A DNA stretch of 48,785 bases, counting the filler, from Catajapyx aquilonaris (taxonomy: Eukaryota): assembly GCA_000934665.2 (NCBI GenBank). It is 3 parts of 3 records of this genome, joined end to end, with 100 filler letters (N's around TTAATTAATTAA, not from the genome) between each part and the next. Parts side by side here need not be neighbours in the genome. Positions count along the whole stretch, not along the records: positions 16,296 to 32,497 come from JYFJ02007261.1; positions 32,598 to 48,785 come from JYFJ02007262.1; 1 more part is not named here. One strand, written 5' to 3'. The stretch's first letter is position 1. The number at the start of each line of letters is the position of its first letter. Both the position numbers and the translations under genes were made by a program. Below, one piece after another: positions 24,159 through 34,683 of this stretch. Under the pieces are notes generated by a model that had not been told where the DNA came from, did not search any database, and was given only the letters and a program-made list of their open reading frames with translations.

Positions 24159-26238
24159 TCATGACTGGTGTGTCTTTTCCATGAGTTTTATGACATGCCA
24201 CACATCTTTTGCAAGTAATTCTGGTTGCTCCATAGCTGCAAAATGTCCACCTGCAGGCATCTTATTGTAACTAACCAAGTTGGGATATCTGTCACGCACG
24301 AAGCTCTCTGGCTGATGTAGCAGTTCTTCAGGGAACACTGCACAACCAGTTGGTACCTTTACAGGAACACTGTAAAACAAAAACACAGTTGTGTAATTAC
24401 CACATTACATTCTTTAATGATAATGTTTCCAATATCATACCGATCAAAATTCCACTGATGTGTGAAATGTTCAGAATAGAGCCTCATGGATGAAGTGATG
24501 GTACCAGAGATGTAGTATATCATTACATTGTCCAAGAGTTCAGTCATAGTGAATGGGCCTGGAAGCCCACCATCTCGTGTTGAAACTCCACTTTTGTGTG
24601 TCCAAGTTGAGAACTTCTCCAATATGTAAGCGGCCAATCCAAGAGGAGAGTCATTCAGGGCTACTCCAACTGTGTCTGGTTTGGTTGCCTGGATGTGTGC
24701 ATAGCCAAATTCACGCATAATGAACTTGAATAAGTTCCCCAGAGGGTATATTTTTGAAGCATCCGCCTGATCCATAAATAATGTTGGCCATAGTGATCCA
24801 ATGAACAACTTGAGTTTGGTTATGTCAGTACCAGAGTAGCACATGTTCAAGTGGATGCCCTTGACACTGTAAAGCAAATAAATAATAAGGCATTAGCCAC
24901 AGTTCCTTCATTAAAAGATCAAATCCTTTGATTAGGTCATTGTTGAGGGCATATATTGTTAAATTACTCATTCCTATTATTTGCCCAGCACAGCTTTGAT
25001 TTACAGTAAAAAGTTATCACGATGGAGTAGACCAATTTGAAGTGTCTGAAGTTATGAACAGGGCTGTCAACTCACTGGGACTATAACGATATTAGAATGC
25101 AAAAGAACGTGATTTTCTGACAATGGTATTTAATTCATACTCATCTGGAGTGATTAGAAGATGCTGCTAGATAATAGAAGAATTCTTTTCATGACAAACA
25201 TTCTTTCAGTTTTATAAAAGTCATACTTGTGACAGTGTTAGTATACACTTGAAATTAGAAATATTTCTATGAAAAGTGTAGTGAATTTTGATGCTCATAA
25301 AGTTTTTTGTTTTGTGAATAATGGTGGAGCACAGTTGTACCGTTCTGGGTAGAGAATACCCATGTGTGAGGCGATGAAAGATCCCCAGTCACCACCTTGC
25401 ACATAGAACTTCTGATGGCCAAGGCGGTCCATAAGTTTTCTCATGATCTGGGCCACCTGCAGTGGGCCTAGTCCAGTTCGACGAGCTGCATGTGAGAATC
25501 CATACCCAGGAAGAGATGGAATCACAAGCTCAAAGTCAAAGCCATGATCTTTTTCAGGCTTGGTCAACAATGGTATTACCTGAAATGCAATTATTTTCAT
25601 TATGATAATAATTGTATTTTTCTGGAATTAAGAATTGCAGACAGATCTCGTAAAATGTATTACTTTCAAAAACTCAACAAATGAGCCTGGCCATCCATGA
25701 AGGAGCATCAGTGGAACCACCTTCCTCTTCTTATTGCTTTGAGATGGCTTTATGTGAATGAAGTGTATGTCAAGTCCTTCAATCAAGGTCATAAACTGAG
25801 GCAGCTCATTTATTGTTGCCTCACGCTCCCTCCAATTGTACTTTTCTAGCCAGTATTCTTGCACCTTCTCCATAAATGCTGAATTAACTCCGTATTCAAA
25901 TTCAACACCCATGAGTGAGGCTGAAGTCTCTCGGACAGTATCCAACCGCTCACGTAAATCATCCAAATGCTAAAAGAAATTTATACCTGTTAAGTACAGT
26001 AAATCTAAAATGCCTTGCAACATGTACTACAAAATGTTATGTAACTCACATCATCGGTGACATTTATTGTGAATGGACGGATCTTAGTGTCCAGTATCTT
26101 CGGCTTGGTTTCTTTAGTCCAAAACGCATCTTCATCCAGTGTAGGAAGTGTTACTTGATGGCAACATTTGGTCATCCATATGCCAATTCCTACAGCACTC
26201 AACACTCCCACAATAAAAATAATTTTAACTATCCCCAT
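24159..26238 (-). CDS. JHEH: Microsomal / juvenile hormone epoxide hydrolase, 5 exons, ~456 aa
   Basis: Exons 26238-26050, 25969-25664, 25579-25341, 24866-24441 and 24369-24159. N-terminal membrane anchor, HGWPGS oxyanion motif, PSLPGYGFS, QGGDWG nucleophile, GYAHIQATKPDT, SSMRLY, FPEE and GGHFAAMEQP. The catalytic set is intact. JH specificity cannot be read from sequence (EPHX1-like). Confidence 0.93.
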
Positions 26239-26728
26239 ATCACTCCAGTGTATTTGTCAGTCACATCAAGCAGTTTGCTGGATTAGGGATTAGTTGGCAC
26301 AGCAAGGACCGGCAAGGACTCGGGGAAGAGTGCAGTCATGCAACTGGGAGTATCAAGCCAAGGCCATCAACTATAATCAGTAACCTCTAGACTACAAAAA
26401 AAAGGAGGAGAAAAAAATAACTAAACGACCTTGCCCTTGCTCTTGAATGGTGGGAATATGGGGGCTAATGTGGGAGGTAGTTTAGATGGACTGCATTTGT
26501 GAAAAATTACTTTTCCATATTGCATTACACAATAAGTACCTTTAAAATTCAGATTCAATAATACGCGTATTTATGGGCATACTATAATAATCACGGACCG
26601 TACTTCATGTGCACAAGATTGCAGGGCACTGTATCTTTCTGTGCATACTTATTATTGGGGCACTTTCAGCAGTGTAGAACATGTTTATTGAACTTTTAGG
26701 CTTTAGCTAGCAACCCATGTAAGGATCG

Positions 26729-26737
26729 TGACTCAGC
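26729..26737 (+). promoter_or_regulatory. ARE/AP-1-like motif TGACTCAGC in the divergent epoxide hydrolase/crotonase intergenic region
   Basis: Matches TGACnnnGC with a perfect TGACTCA core. Motif only; there is no functional evidence. Confidence 0.3.
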
Positions 26738-26867
26738 TGTAACTCAAACAGATTATTGGATGTGAAGGTCCAAAGCTTTATCATTGATCTGTTAATAGTA
26801 GAGGGGTAGATTATGGGTTCAGTATTTTTAGTCAGAAGTATAGTTCAACTGTACAGTAGAGTGAAAA

Positions 26868-28440
26868 ATGGCAGGTCTTCTCTCATGTCCAAGGTTGCTC
26901 TTAGGTCATTTACATGGCCTTCCTACGCCTTCCTGCTTGAAATTGAGGTTGATATCTACTACAACCAGCAAGTATCAACTGGGAACACCGAATAAGCCAG
27001 GAGAATCAGTGGTGGTGAAGAATGTTGGTCCAGTGACTACCATTGGACTGAATCGGCCTGACAAGCGCAACTGTGTCAATCCATCTACTGCAAAATTACT
27101 GTATGACGCATTTCATAGTTTTGAGGCAGATGACAATGCCAAGGTGGCCATTTTATATGGTGCAGGAGGCCACTTTTGTGCTGGAATGGACTTGGCAGAG
27201 GTTTCCAGACCTGACTCAAAGTCTGTTGCATTTGAAGCCATGTCTTGCCTGCCACGGGGTGGCCCAATGGTATGTTACAATCAAGTATACCATACACGTG
27301 TTATATCATTTATAGTTTATTACTTTTTTTAAAGGGTCCTTCCCGTGGGATGTTCAAGAAGCCAGTCATAGCAGCTGTGAGTGGGTATGCAGTTGCAGGC
27401 GGAATGGAATTAGCTCTTATGTGTGACTTAAGGGTAATGGAGGAAACTGCTTGTATGGGCGTGTTCTGCAGGAGATTTGGTGAATTGAAATGTTTTGAAA
27501 AAGTACTACTTTCAGATTAATGATGCTTTATTGAGAAATGATATTTCAGGAGTTCCCCTGGTGGATGGAGGAACTGTTCGCCTTCCAGCTTTAATTGGCC
27601 TTTCAAGAGCCTTAGATTTAATTTTGACTGGAAGACCAATTAAAGCTCAGGAAGCACTCGAATGGGGCCTTGCAAATCGCGTGGTTGCTACTGGAACAGG
27701 TATGTGGAAATTCTCGCTATTATACTATACTCCATGAATAACTACGCTTTTGCATTCTTGCAGCACTTCAGGAGGCTATCACCTTGGCCAACGCTCTTGT
27801 AAATTTCCCACAAGAATGTATGCTGGCTGACAGGCGCTCTGTTTATTACAGTACATACTCTGCCTCAACATATGATGATGCACTCAGCTATGAATTGAAG
27901 AATGGAATGCCTATCGTGGAAAAGGTATTACCCAGAAAAAAGAATACATATTATAATTAGTTCCTGCATTTTGAGATGCCTTGAAATTATCGCATGCTCA
28001 CTGTCTTATTGCATCATAGCGGTTGTATAATGGCAATATCATGACATGCGATTTAATGCAAACCATGCCTGTTTGCCCTTGCAATGGTTTTAATATACTC
28101 TCTGACCAGCGCAGATTGGTTAGATTGTGCCATCTTTAATGACAGTAATGAAATGTCACTGCTGGGCATTGGTTTGCTATTGTCTAACATGCAAATTCCA
28201 CTCGCTATTATCATTAAGACCTAAACCTATAAAATTCAACAAAAAAAAATTCCGGCATATCTGGGTTAATGAGTCATGTAAAAAATTGTTGCACCTGATC
28301 AGATGTTTCCAATAACATCACTAACTTGTAGTTAGCATTGAATGCATCTAATGAGACGCATTTTTCAGGAATCAATTCAAGGAGCTGGAAGATTTGTGTC
28401 CGGTGATGGCCGTCATGGAAAATTTCACCATGAAAAATAG
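26868..28440 (+). CDS. Crotonase/enoyl-CoA hydratase family protein, copy 1, probable mitochondrial presequence, 5 exons, ~309 aa
   Basis: Exons 26868-27269, 27335-27479, 27550-27699, 27764-27924 and 28369-28440. Motifs LNRPDKRNCVN, FCAGMDL, KPVIAAVSGYAVAGGMELALMCD, CRRFGVPLVDGGTVRL and GDGRHGKF. AATAAA near 28535. Confidence 0.9.
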
Positions 28441-29510
28441 TTTGTATGGATACCAGTACCACACTCCATTTTATTAGCAAACTTGGAATATTACTGGGTA
28501 TTGTATATCTATTGAGCATGTATTTTTATAAGCGAATAAAGGCTAACAAGACTCGCTAACTTTATTTAACAATTATGATAACTCTAAATTTTCAGGGAGA
28601 ATTTCTTAGAAGCAAACTATTGAGGTGAGTATTATCAGTATTATTCAGTGCAGGTTTTATTTGAACCCTGCAGTTTGATCGAGGTTTTTTCTTGTCTTAC
28701 GGGAAAATTTAAAAAGAAAGATTAGTCAAAAATATGAGAAAAATGTAAATCAAAGGTTACTAACACCCCTTACCCATAGGTTAATGGTGATGGAATGACC
28801 TTGTTGCAGACATAAACTCGGCTGAGAAAACCTGCTAGTGTAAGGGACAGTAACTCAAATTTTTCCAGTTAGAAAACTCCAACTAATTGAGCAAGGCACT
28901 ACAAGTAGGGACAAAGCCCTCATTATCTTATCTCCTGAAAAAGCTACAGAGAAAATATAAATCCTCCTGTCAACAATGTCAAGTCTTTGTCTACAGACAG
29001 GCTGAATCTTCGAGGGCATGTACTACCTATGCAGGTATTGAGCAATGCGCGCGATAGAAGATGGAGATCCGCTCTTCTCCTTCCATGTATCCATCCGAGT
29101 GATCCTGAGGGATAGCGATGAGGGGTGCCTTTTTGGACCCCTGGCGTGCCCGCTGATTTGAAACACGCGCAGTTCAAATTCCACCCTTGAGAGGCGCTGC
29201 AGGCAGTGAGCAAAGCCTGCAGTGAGGAACGGAGGAACGGAGCAGGTCGGACACCGGTTGTTGACACCTTTCCTGCTTTCTAATCATCTCGAGACCTTTC
29301 AGATACGCAGATAACCTCTGCCTTTGTGTTGGCCCAACCGAGGATATCACACGGGTCGTGCAGTGCCCTGGACTGACGGTAAATGCCCCCTTCCGACACT
29401 CGGTGCTAAAGAAACTCATTAGTAGGAGGAAGGTGCTGCACTACTGAGCAGGGCATTGAAGGCGCTGGGAATTGACAAGTATTCTTGCATGATCAGCACT
29501 GCCCCGTAGC

Positions 29511-30315
29511 ATGAGCAGCGGTGCCACAGCAGCCGGAGCTCTCAAGAGGTTGCTGCTGCGTATCAATACTCATCATCACCACTGCCAGCAGCAGGGACAC
29601 ATACAATCATTCTGTCGGCCAGCAGGGACAGTTCTTGGATCTAGAACCATGAGCACACAGACCTGCAGCAGTGCAGAAGAAGGTGATGAGCTAATCAGAG
29701 AGGGAAATTTAAAATCCAAAGGTTATTTTAATAGGCAACCTCACAACGACTGATGTCAGGTAGCTCAATGTGAATGTGATTTAAGCAGGCCTACGCCACA
29801 GGTACTTTTGAACTCGAAGGAGAAGTTCTCCAATGGTTGTTTATGGAAAGCCACATTTGGGCTTGGAGCCACATCTTTCTGCGCCCCTTCGCATGTTCAA
29901 AACTCATATAGCCTACATACTTCAATATTGCAATTCTTAAATATTTGTAATTTGAAATGGCTCTAAAACATGATAAAAGCATGTATTATGTGTGTGAAAG
30001 CTATGGATGGTCGATGTGGGCTATAATTATGAATTCTTAATTCATGTTGCAGATCTCGTAGTGGTAGAGAAAGTTGGTCCAATCACAACAATAGGAATCA
30101 ACCGTCCTGAGAAACGGAACTGTGTAAATTCAGCCACTGCCATTAAGCTGTATGATGCCTTTCGGAACTTTGAAGAGGATGAGAGTGCCTCTGTAGCTGT
30201 GCTGCATGGCACAGGAGGTACCTTCTGTGCTGGGTTTGACTTGGGACAAGTATCTTCACAACAAGCCACTGAAGAGTTCGCCAGAGTTTTACGCTTGCCT
30301 GATGCTGGACCGATG
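29511..30315 (+). CDS. Crotonase/enoyl-CoA hydratase family protein, copy 2, 5' part only
   Basis: Presequence-like exon 29511-29682 (G|gtgatg) and exon 30053-30315 (INRPEKRNCVN...FCAGFDL...GPM|gtaatt, the same intron position as copy 1). No downstream exons were seen before or after the gap at 32498. Confidence 0.8.
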
Positions 30316-30917
30316 GTAATTTAATTATGGTCGACATTATATTATGGCCCTGCCATAGACACTGGAAGTAACTTACCCATGAGGTACCTGCCATTGAAAC
30401 ATATCTGCAACATTCGAGGTACACAACAAGTTAGCACATGGTAAGTTTCAGCCAGTGTGCAAACTTGCAAATGAAACTTTCATTCATTAATGAAGCATCG
30501 TGGGACTTGTTGACATAAGTCAAGGCATTCATGCATGCTGAAAGCCTATGATTGACTTAATCTCTGTAATGTGTAAACGTCTCAACTTACAGCTCACAAC
30601 ATTGTGAGGTTGCAGAATGATTTATAGCAGATATTTTAACTTAACAGACACCTTAAAAAACTGCCATTTTGTAGGCCTACATCAATAATTGTGAATAGTG
30701 CAGTTGTATTGTTGATCATGCAAAGAGGTTTCAAAAAAGACATTGCAGATGTACACTATTATTTTGTATTATACTTTATTATTGTATTGTCTTTAAATTT
30801 TAAGCAGTTGCCACCAAGTACATCTGGTTTCATGCTAAAATTATGTGGATACTTGAACATACACTTCAAATACTGATTCCTACTTAGAGATTTCTAAATG
30901 GCACCTTCAGTTGTAAG

Positions 30918-31285
30918 CAGGGCCCTGCAGAGGGGGGGGCAGCTGGGTACACTTGCCCCGGGCCTCGCCACGGGGCCCCGCCAGGGGCCCCAGGCCAGAC
31001 TTATTCAACCAGCCGACAGAAACTTACTGGGGAAAATACCCAATCCCAATGGCGTCTTAACACATTAGGGCCGAATCATTTCTGGAGGCCCCATTTCAAT
31101 AGTGACTTATAATTCCCAAATTTTGGCAATAATAATAATAATAATAAGCCAATTTGGGGCCCCTATTTAGGTTGGGGACTCGGGGCCCTATAATTCAATA
31201 CCGGCTCTTAAATGACAATTTTTTCCAATAGAAATTCGCCAATTTGGGGCCCCCTGTTTCAGTCGGGGGCTATTGGACCCTCTCC
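30918..31285. mobile_element. hAT-type MITE remnant (CAGGGCC... with ggggcccc subrepeats)
   Basis: cagggccctgcagagggggggcagctggg...gccccgggcc followed by repeated (tt)ggggcccc motifs. The far terminus was not resolved. Confidence 0.5.
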
Positions 31286-31449
31286 ATATGCAAGGATTCG
31301 ATCAGACATTCAGACTTGCCCAAACACTCACTAATTCTCTCACCCTGAAAATGCAACCACTCAAGATGTGGGGGAAAAGGAAAAGGGCTTGCCTACACAT
31401 AGAGGAGTACAGTTCTGTTTAAAGGGGAACCTAGCCTTGGAGAATATTG

Positions 31450-31930
31450 TTTTTGGTTAGTAAAAGTGGTCAAAACCCAATGAACATAATTACGTACATC
31501 AAAAGACGGAGGAAGACGAGGAGAATGCAACAATAGAATTAGCTTTACTCGAATATGTAACCAGAAAACCGTGTGTCATTCCATCGGTCACATATATCTC
31601 ATAATTTGGGCCCCCTAAAATTAGTGATGAATCTGCAAAACATCCCTCATATTTTACCTGGTTTCAAATTGAACATAACCTTAAACCTTAGAGCTTATGG
31701 TGGTCAAAACTCATGACACGAAATATGACTGAAGTTACGCAAACACATCACTAATAATTATCGGAGTCCAAGTTCTTGGACATGTGACTGAGCATGTGAT
31801 GAATATAGAACGAATGGTACACGTTTTTCTGCTTACATTTTTGAGGAGAATGTGTTAATTTCATTTTCCATTTTCTAGTCTTTTTACTTCATTTGTTTAC
31901 TGGGTTTTGACCAATTCCACTAACCGAAAA
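31450..31930. mobile_element. Degenerate long-inverted-repeat element
   Basis: ttttggttag..gtggtcaaaacccaatgaaca and gtaaccagaaaaccgtgtgtcattc are mirrored by gaatggtacacgtttttctgcttac and tgtttactgggttttgacca..ctaaccgaaaa. Confidence 0.55.
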
Positions 31931-32310
31931 GGTTCTTCCAAAAAAGGCCTCAATTTAGCAATTTCCCAAATTCGCGAATTTATCCCTCCTCACGGTATTG
32001 AGCAATATGGATGAAACTTGATATTTAGCATTATGGAATGGTTGTGCACTTCTGTGTTTATTTCCACCAAAATCCGAGAGGGTCAAGCAATGTTTCGTCC
32101 CACTTGATTCGGAATGACCCCAAGATTTTTTCGAAGACTTTGGTTCTTTGACAGCCACAATTAACGTTGAAGACAAAATTCAGACAGAGTGATAGGTCAT
32201 TATGAGTTACCATGACCTAAGGAACATAGGGCTACAAATGGCGATTAATTTCCAAGAACAAAAATGTTGATTTTTGTTACATATTGTAATTATTATAAAT
32301 GCCTCCTGTC

Positions 32311-32497
32311 GGGGAGACGGAGTGGCGCCGCGGTAACGCGCGCGCCCACGGAAGTTAAGGTCCCGGGTTCAATCCCCACCCGGGGTTCCCACCTTCTTTC
32401 GTGCAGAGTTGGGCCATCTCTGGCTTCGTTTCGGGTGGCAATTTCCGGCAGACTAAGCCACCCGTGGGAGTTCACAAAATGACGATTAGAGACATTG
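32311..32497 (+). mobile_element. tRNA-derived SINE (head), truncated by the gap
   Basis: A-box tggcgccgcgg and B-box gggttcaatccc at tRNA spacing. There is no acceptor stem, and a non-tRNA body follows. Confidence 0.65.
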
Positions 32498-32597
32498 NNN
32501 NNNNNNNNNNNNNNNNNNNNNNNNNNNNNNNNNNNNNNNNNTTAATTAATTAANNNNNNNNNNNNNNNNNNNNNNNNNNNNNNNNNNNNNNNNNNNN
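32498..32597. other. Assembly gap spacer
   Basis: Identical 100-nt N/TTAATTAATTAA/N structure (motif at 32542-32553). Confidence 0.97.
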
Positions 32598-32717
32598 TAT
32601 TAGCAGCAGGTTGATTAAATTTGCTAATCGAGGATGACTAAAGGATTTAATCGGGCGCGTTTACGTTAAGCAACATCTCTGAATTCGGTCCTATGTTCCC
32701 TGCTCTGATGTGAATTT

Positions 32718-32997
32718 GGCCTCTGAGAAGTAACTGTGGCAACGCTGTCGTCGGAACAACGGACTTGCGCGAGTGTGGGTGCGCACTCGGTTGATCTCGC
32801 AAAAAAAAAATCATAAATAGTGCAACCGAGTGCGCACCCACATTCGCGCAGCTCCATTGTTCCGTCAACAACGTTGCCATAGTTTCTCCTCAGGACCCCA
32901 AAAAATAATTCCCGCCCGTGGCTTCTGAAGTTATTTCCAGATCCTTCGCAAATGTCGGCCATTTTGTTCCCTCCAATAGTAGCGTTGGAAATAAGTC
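32718..32997. mobile_element. Repeat family B (palindromic, gagtaactgtggcaacg...gtgcgcactcggttg module)
   Basis: Inverted arms at ~32718-32897. The same modules recur at ~40978-41085, 41311-41400 and 44585-45039. Confidence 0.7.
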
Positions 32998-34325
32998 CAG
33001 AGCTTATTTATAGTATGACCACTTTCAGAAAGGGGCTCTTACCGAGAGCTTATCTATCATTGATAATTCCAAGCTGCGTGAACTAAGGTGCTCACTCGGT
33101 TGCGCTCGTTAAAAAAATCATAGTCAAATGCGGGTAAACCGAGGTAAACCTATGTAACCTGTCCTTAATTTTGCTCCTGACAGTGTGAATGCGTCCAGTC
33201 TCTCATTTTGTGACCAGTTCGTTCCGTTTCGTGCCCGGTTTGTACCAGTCGATTCTAGTCAACAGCATATCCTCTCGTGTTGAACGGATGCCATTGCGTA
33301 TAGCAATAATTGCGGCATAGCAATGCTCGAATGTTATCATCCCCCGGTGCAATTCCAGCCAATAGAGACTCGCTATTGAGTGTGCAGACGGGTAAGGCCC
33401 ACAGGGTGGCCCATAAGATCGGGAGATATCATTGGGCACAATGGCTCCGACGGAAACGGGGGGTTGGCAAAGGGCGGTTGGCGTAATCGGAAATGAACTT
33501 GTCCCGAAGTAAAAGCACCACCAGATGGAAAGGGGAATGAATGGGCGCTCATACAATCTGGAGCTACCAGGGTTGGAGCTAGGCCAGATTCGCACATACC
33601 ACCCTGTAATTAAGTGACCTGTTGCTGCGACTAAGGCTGCTGCTTAAGCACGGAGATAAGCCTAGGTTCGTGTAGCAGCCTGGGCCAATGGATGCCAATT
33701 TATGCCCGCCGCTAATTGGCCAGGCCCCTTATTGGGCGCCAAGGAGCTCAACCCCCCACCTCCTCTCCCCTTCCCCTACCTTTTTAAAAATTCCAGATGG
33801 CCGTTTCCAGGATTACGGCAGAGTCGGGCGCACACCCAGCTTTAGACTGAAACTAATCTCTTATTTCGAGAGTGCAGTCAAATGGCCCTATTTCCAACCC
33901 TCCAAATCCCTTCCCGACCTGTATAACAGGGAGAGAAGCCGGGGAATCCCCGTTACCCCCCCCCCCCCCCNNNNNAAAAAAAAGGCAGAACAGTCCAGAA
34001 TGTGGCGGAAACAGCCTATGACACTTCCATTTCGGTCACACTTCGTCTGTAATCATATGTAAACTAGTAGCGGACTCGTTGCCAAATTTTGGCAACACTG
34101 CTAGGCTCACCCCTCTACTATTGGAAGTATATAGTACATAGGCCCCCTTCAGTTGGCGAACTACTGCAGTGCGTAAGGGGTACATCCACGTTGTTGATGA
34201 GTCTCTCCCTTTGCACACTACTGCAGTGCACGTTGGTGATGAGTCACCGCGCGGACAAAGTCCACCAGGGTGCTATGACCAGCATGTGTCTCGCCTCCAT
34301 TGACGTGGGTCCCACTCTCTCTGAC

Positions 34326-34683
34326 CAGGGAGCATGTAGGCCTACTACATAAGAGGCGCAAACTTCTGTCGGCGCCTTTGATGTTCGCGTCTCTCTGTTA
34401 AGGGCGTTGCCAATACGGCTTACGGCCATTTTGAAGTGTGTGGAACGCCAACGAGGTATAAATAGAGTACAGGCAAAAATAGGGTTCCCCATCTTTGATG
34501 GTTTTGGCGGCCATGGCAAGAAAACGCGCGAATCAAAGATGGCGGACCCCATTTTGCCTGTACCCTATCTATACCTCGTTGGCGTTCCCCACACTTCAAA
34601 ATGGCCGCCAGCCTTGGCAACGCCCCAAACAGAGAGACGCGGAAATCGAATGTTTGCGCCTCTTATGTAGTATATGCTCCCTG
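34326..34683. mobile_element. MITE family A copy 1 (CAGGG...CCCTG, 7-bp TSD)
   Basis: TIR cagggagcat..tactacataagaggcgcaaac. TSD CTCTGAC at 34319-34325 and 34684-34690. The element is almost fully palindromic. Confidence 0.88.

Noticed and set aside
32311..32390. tRNA gene calls at 32311, 41240-41313 and 46365-46440
   Set aside because: No acceptor stems; they are followed by SINE bodies, and two are bounded by TSDs.
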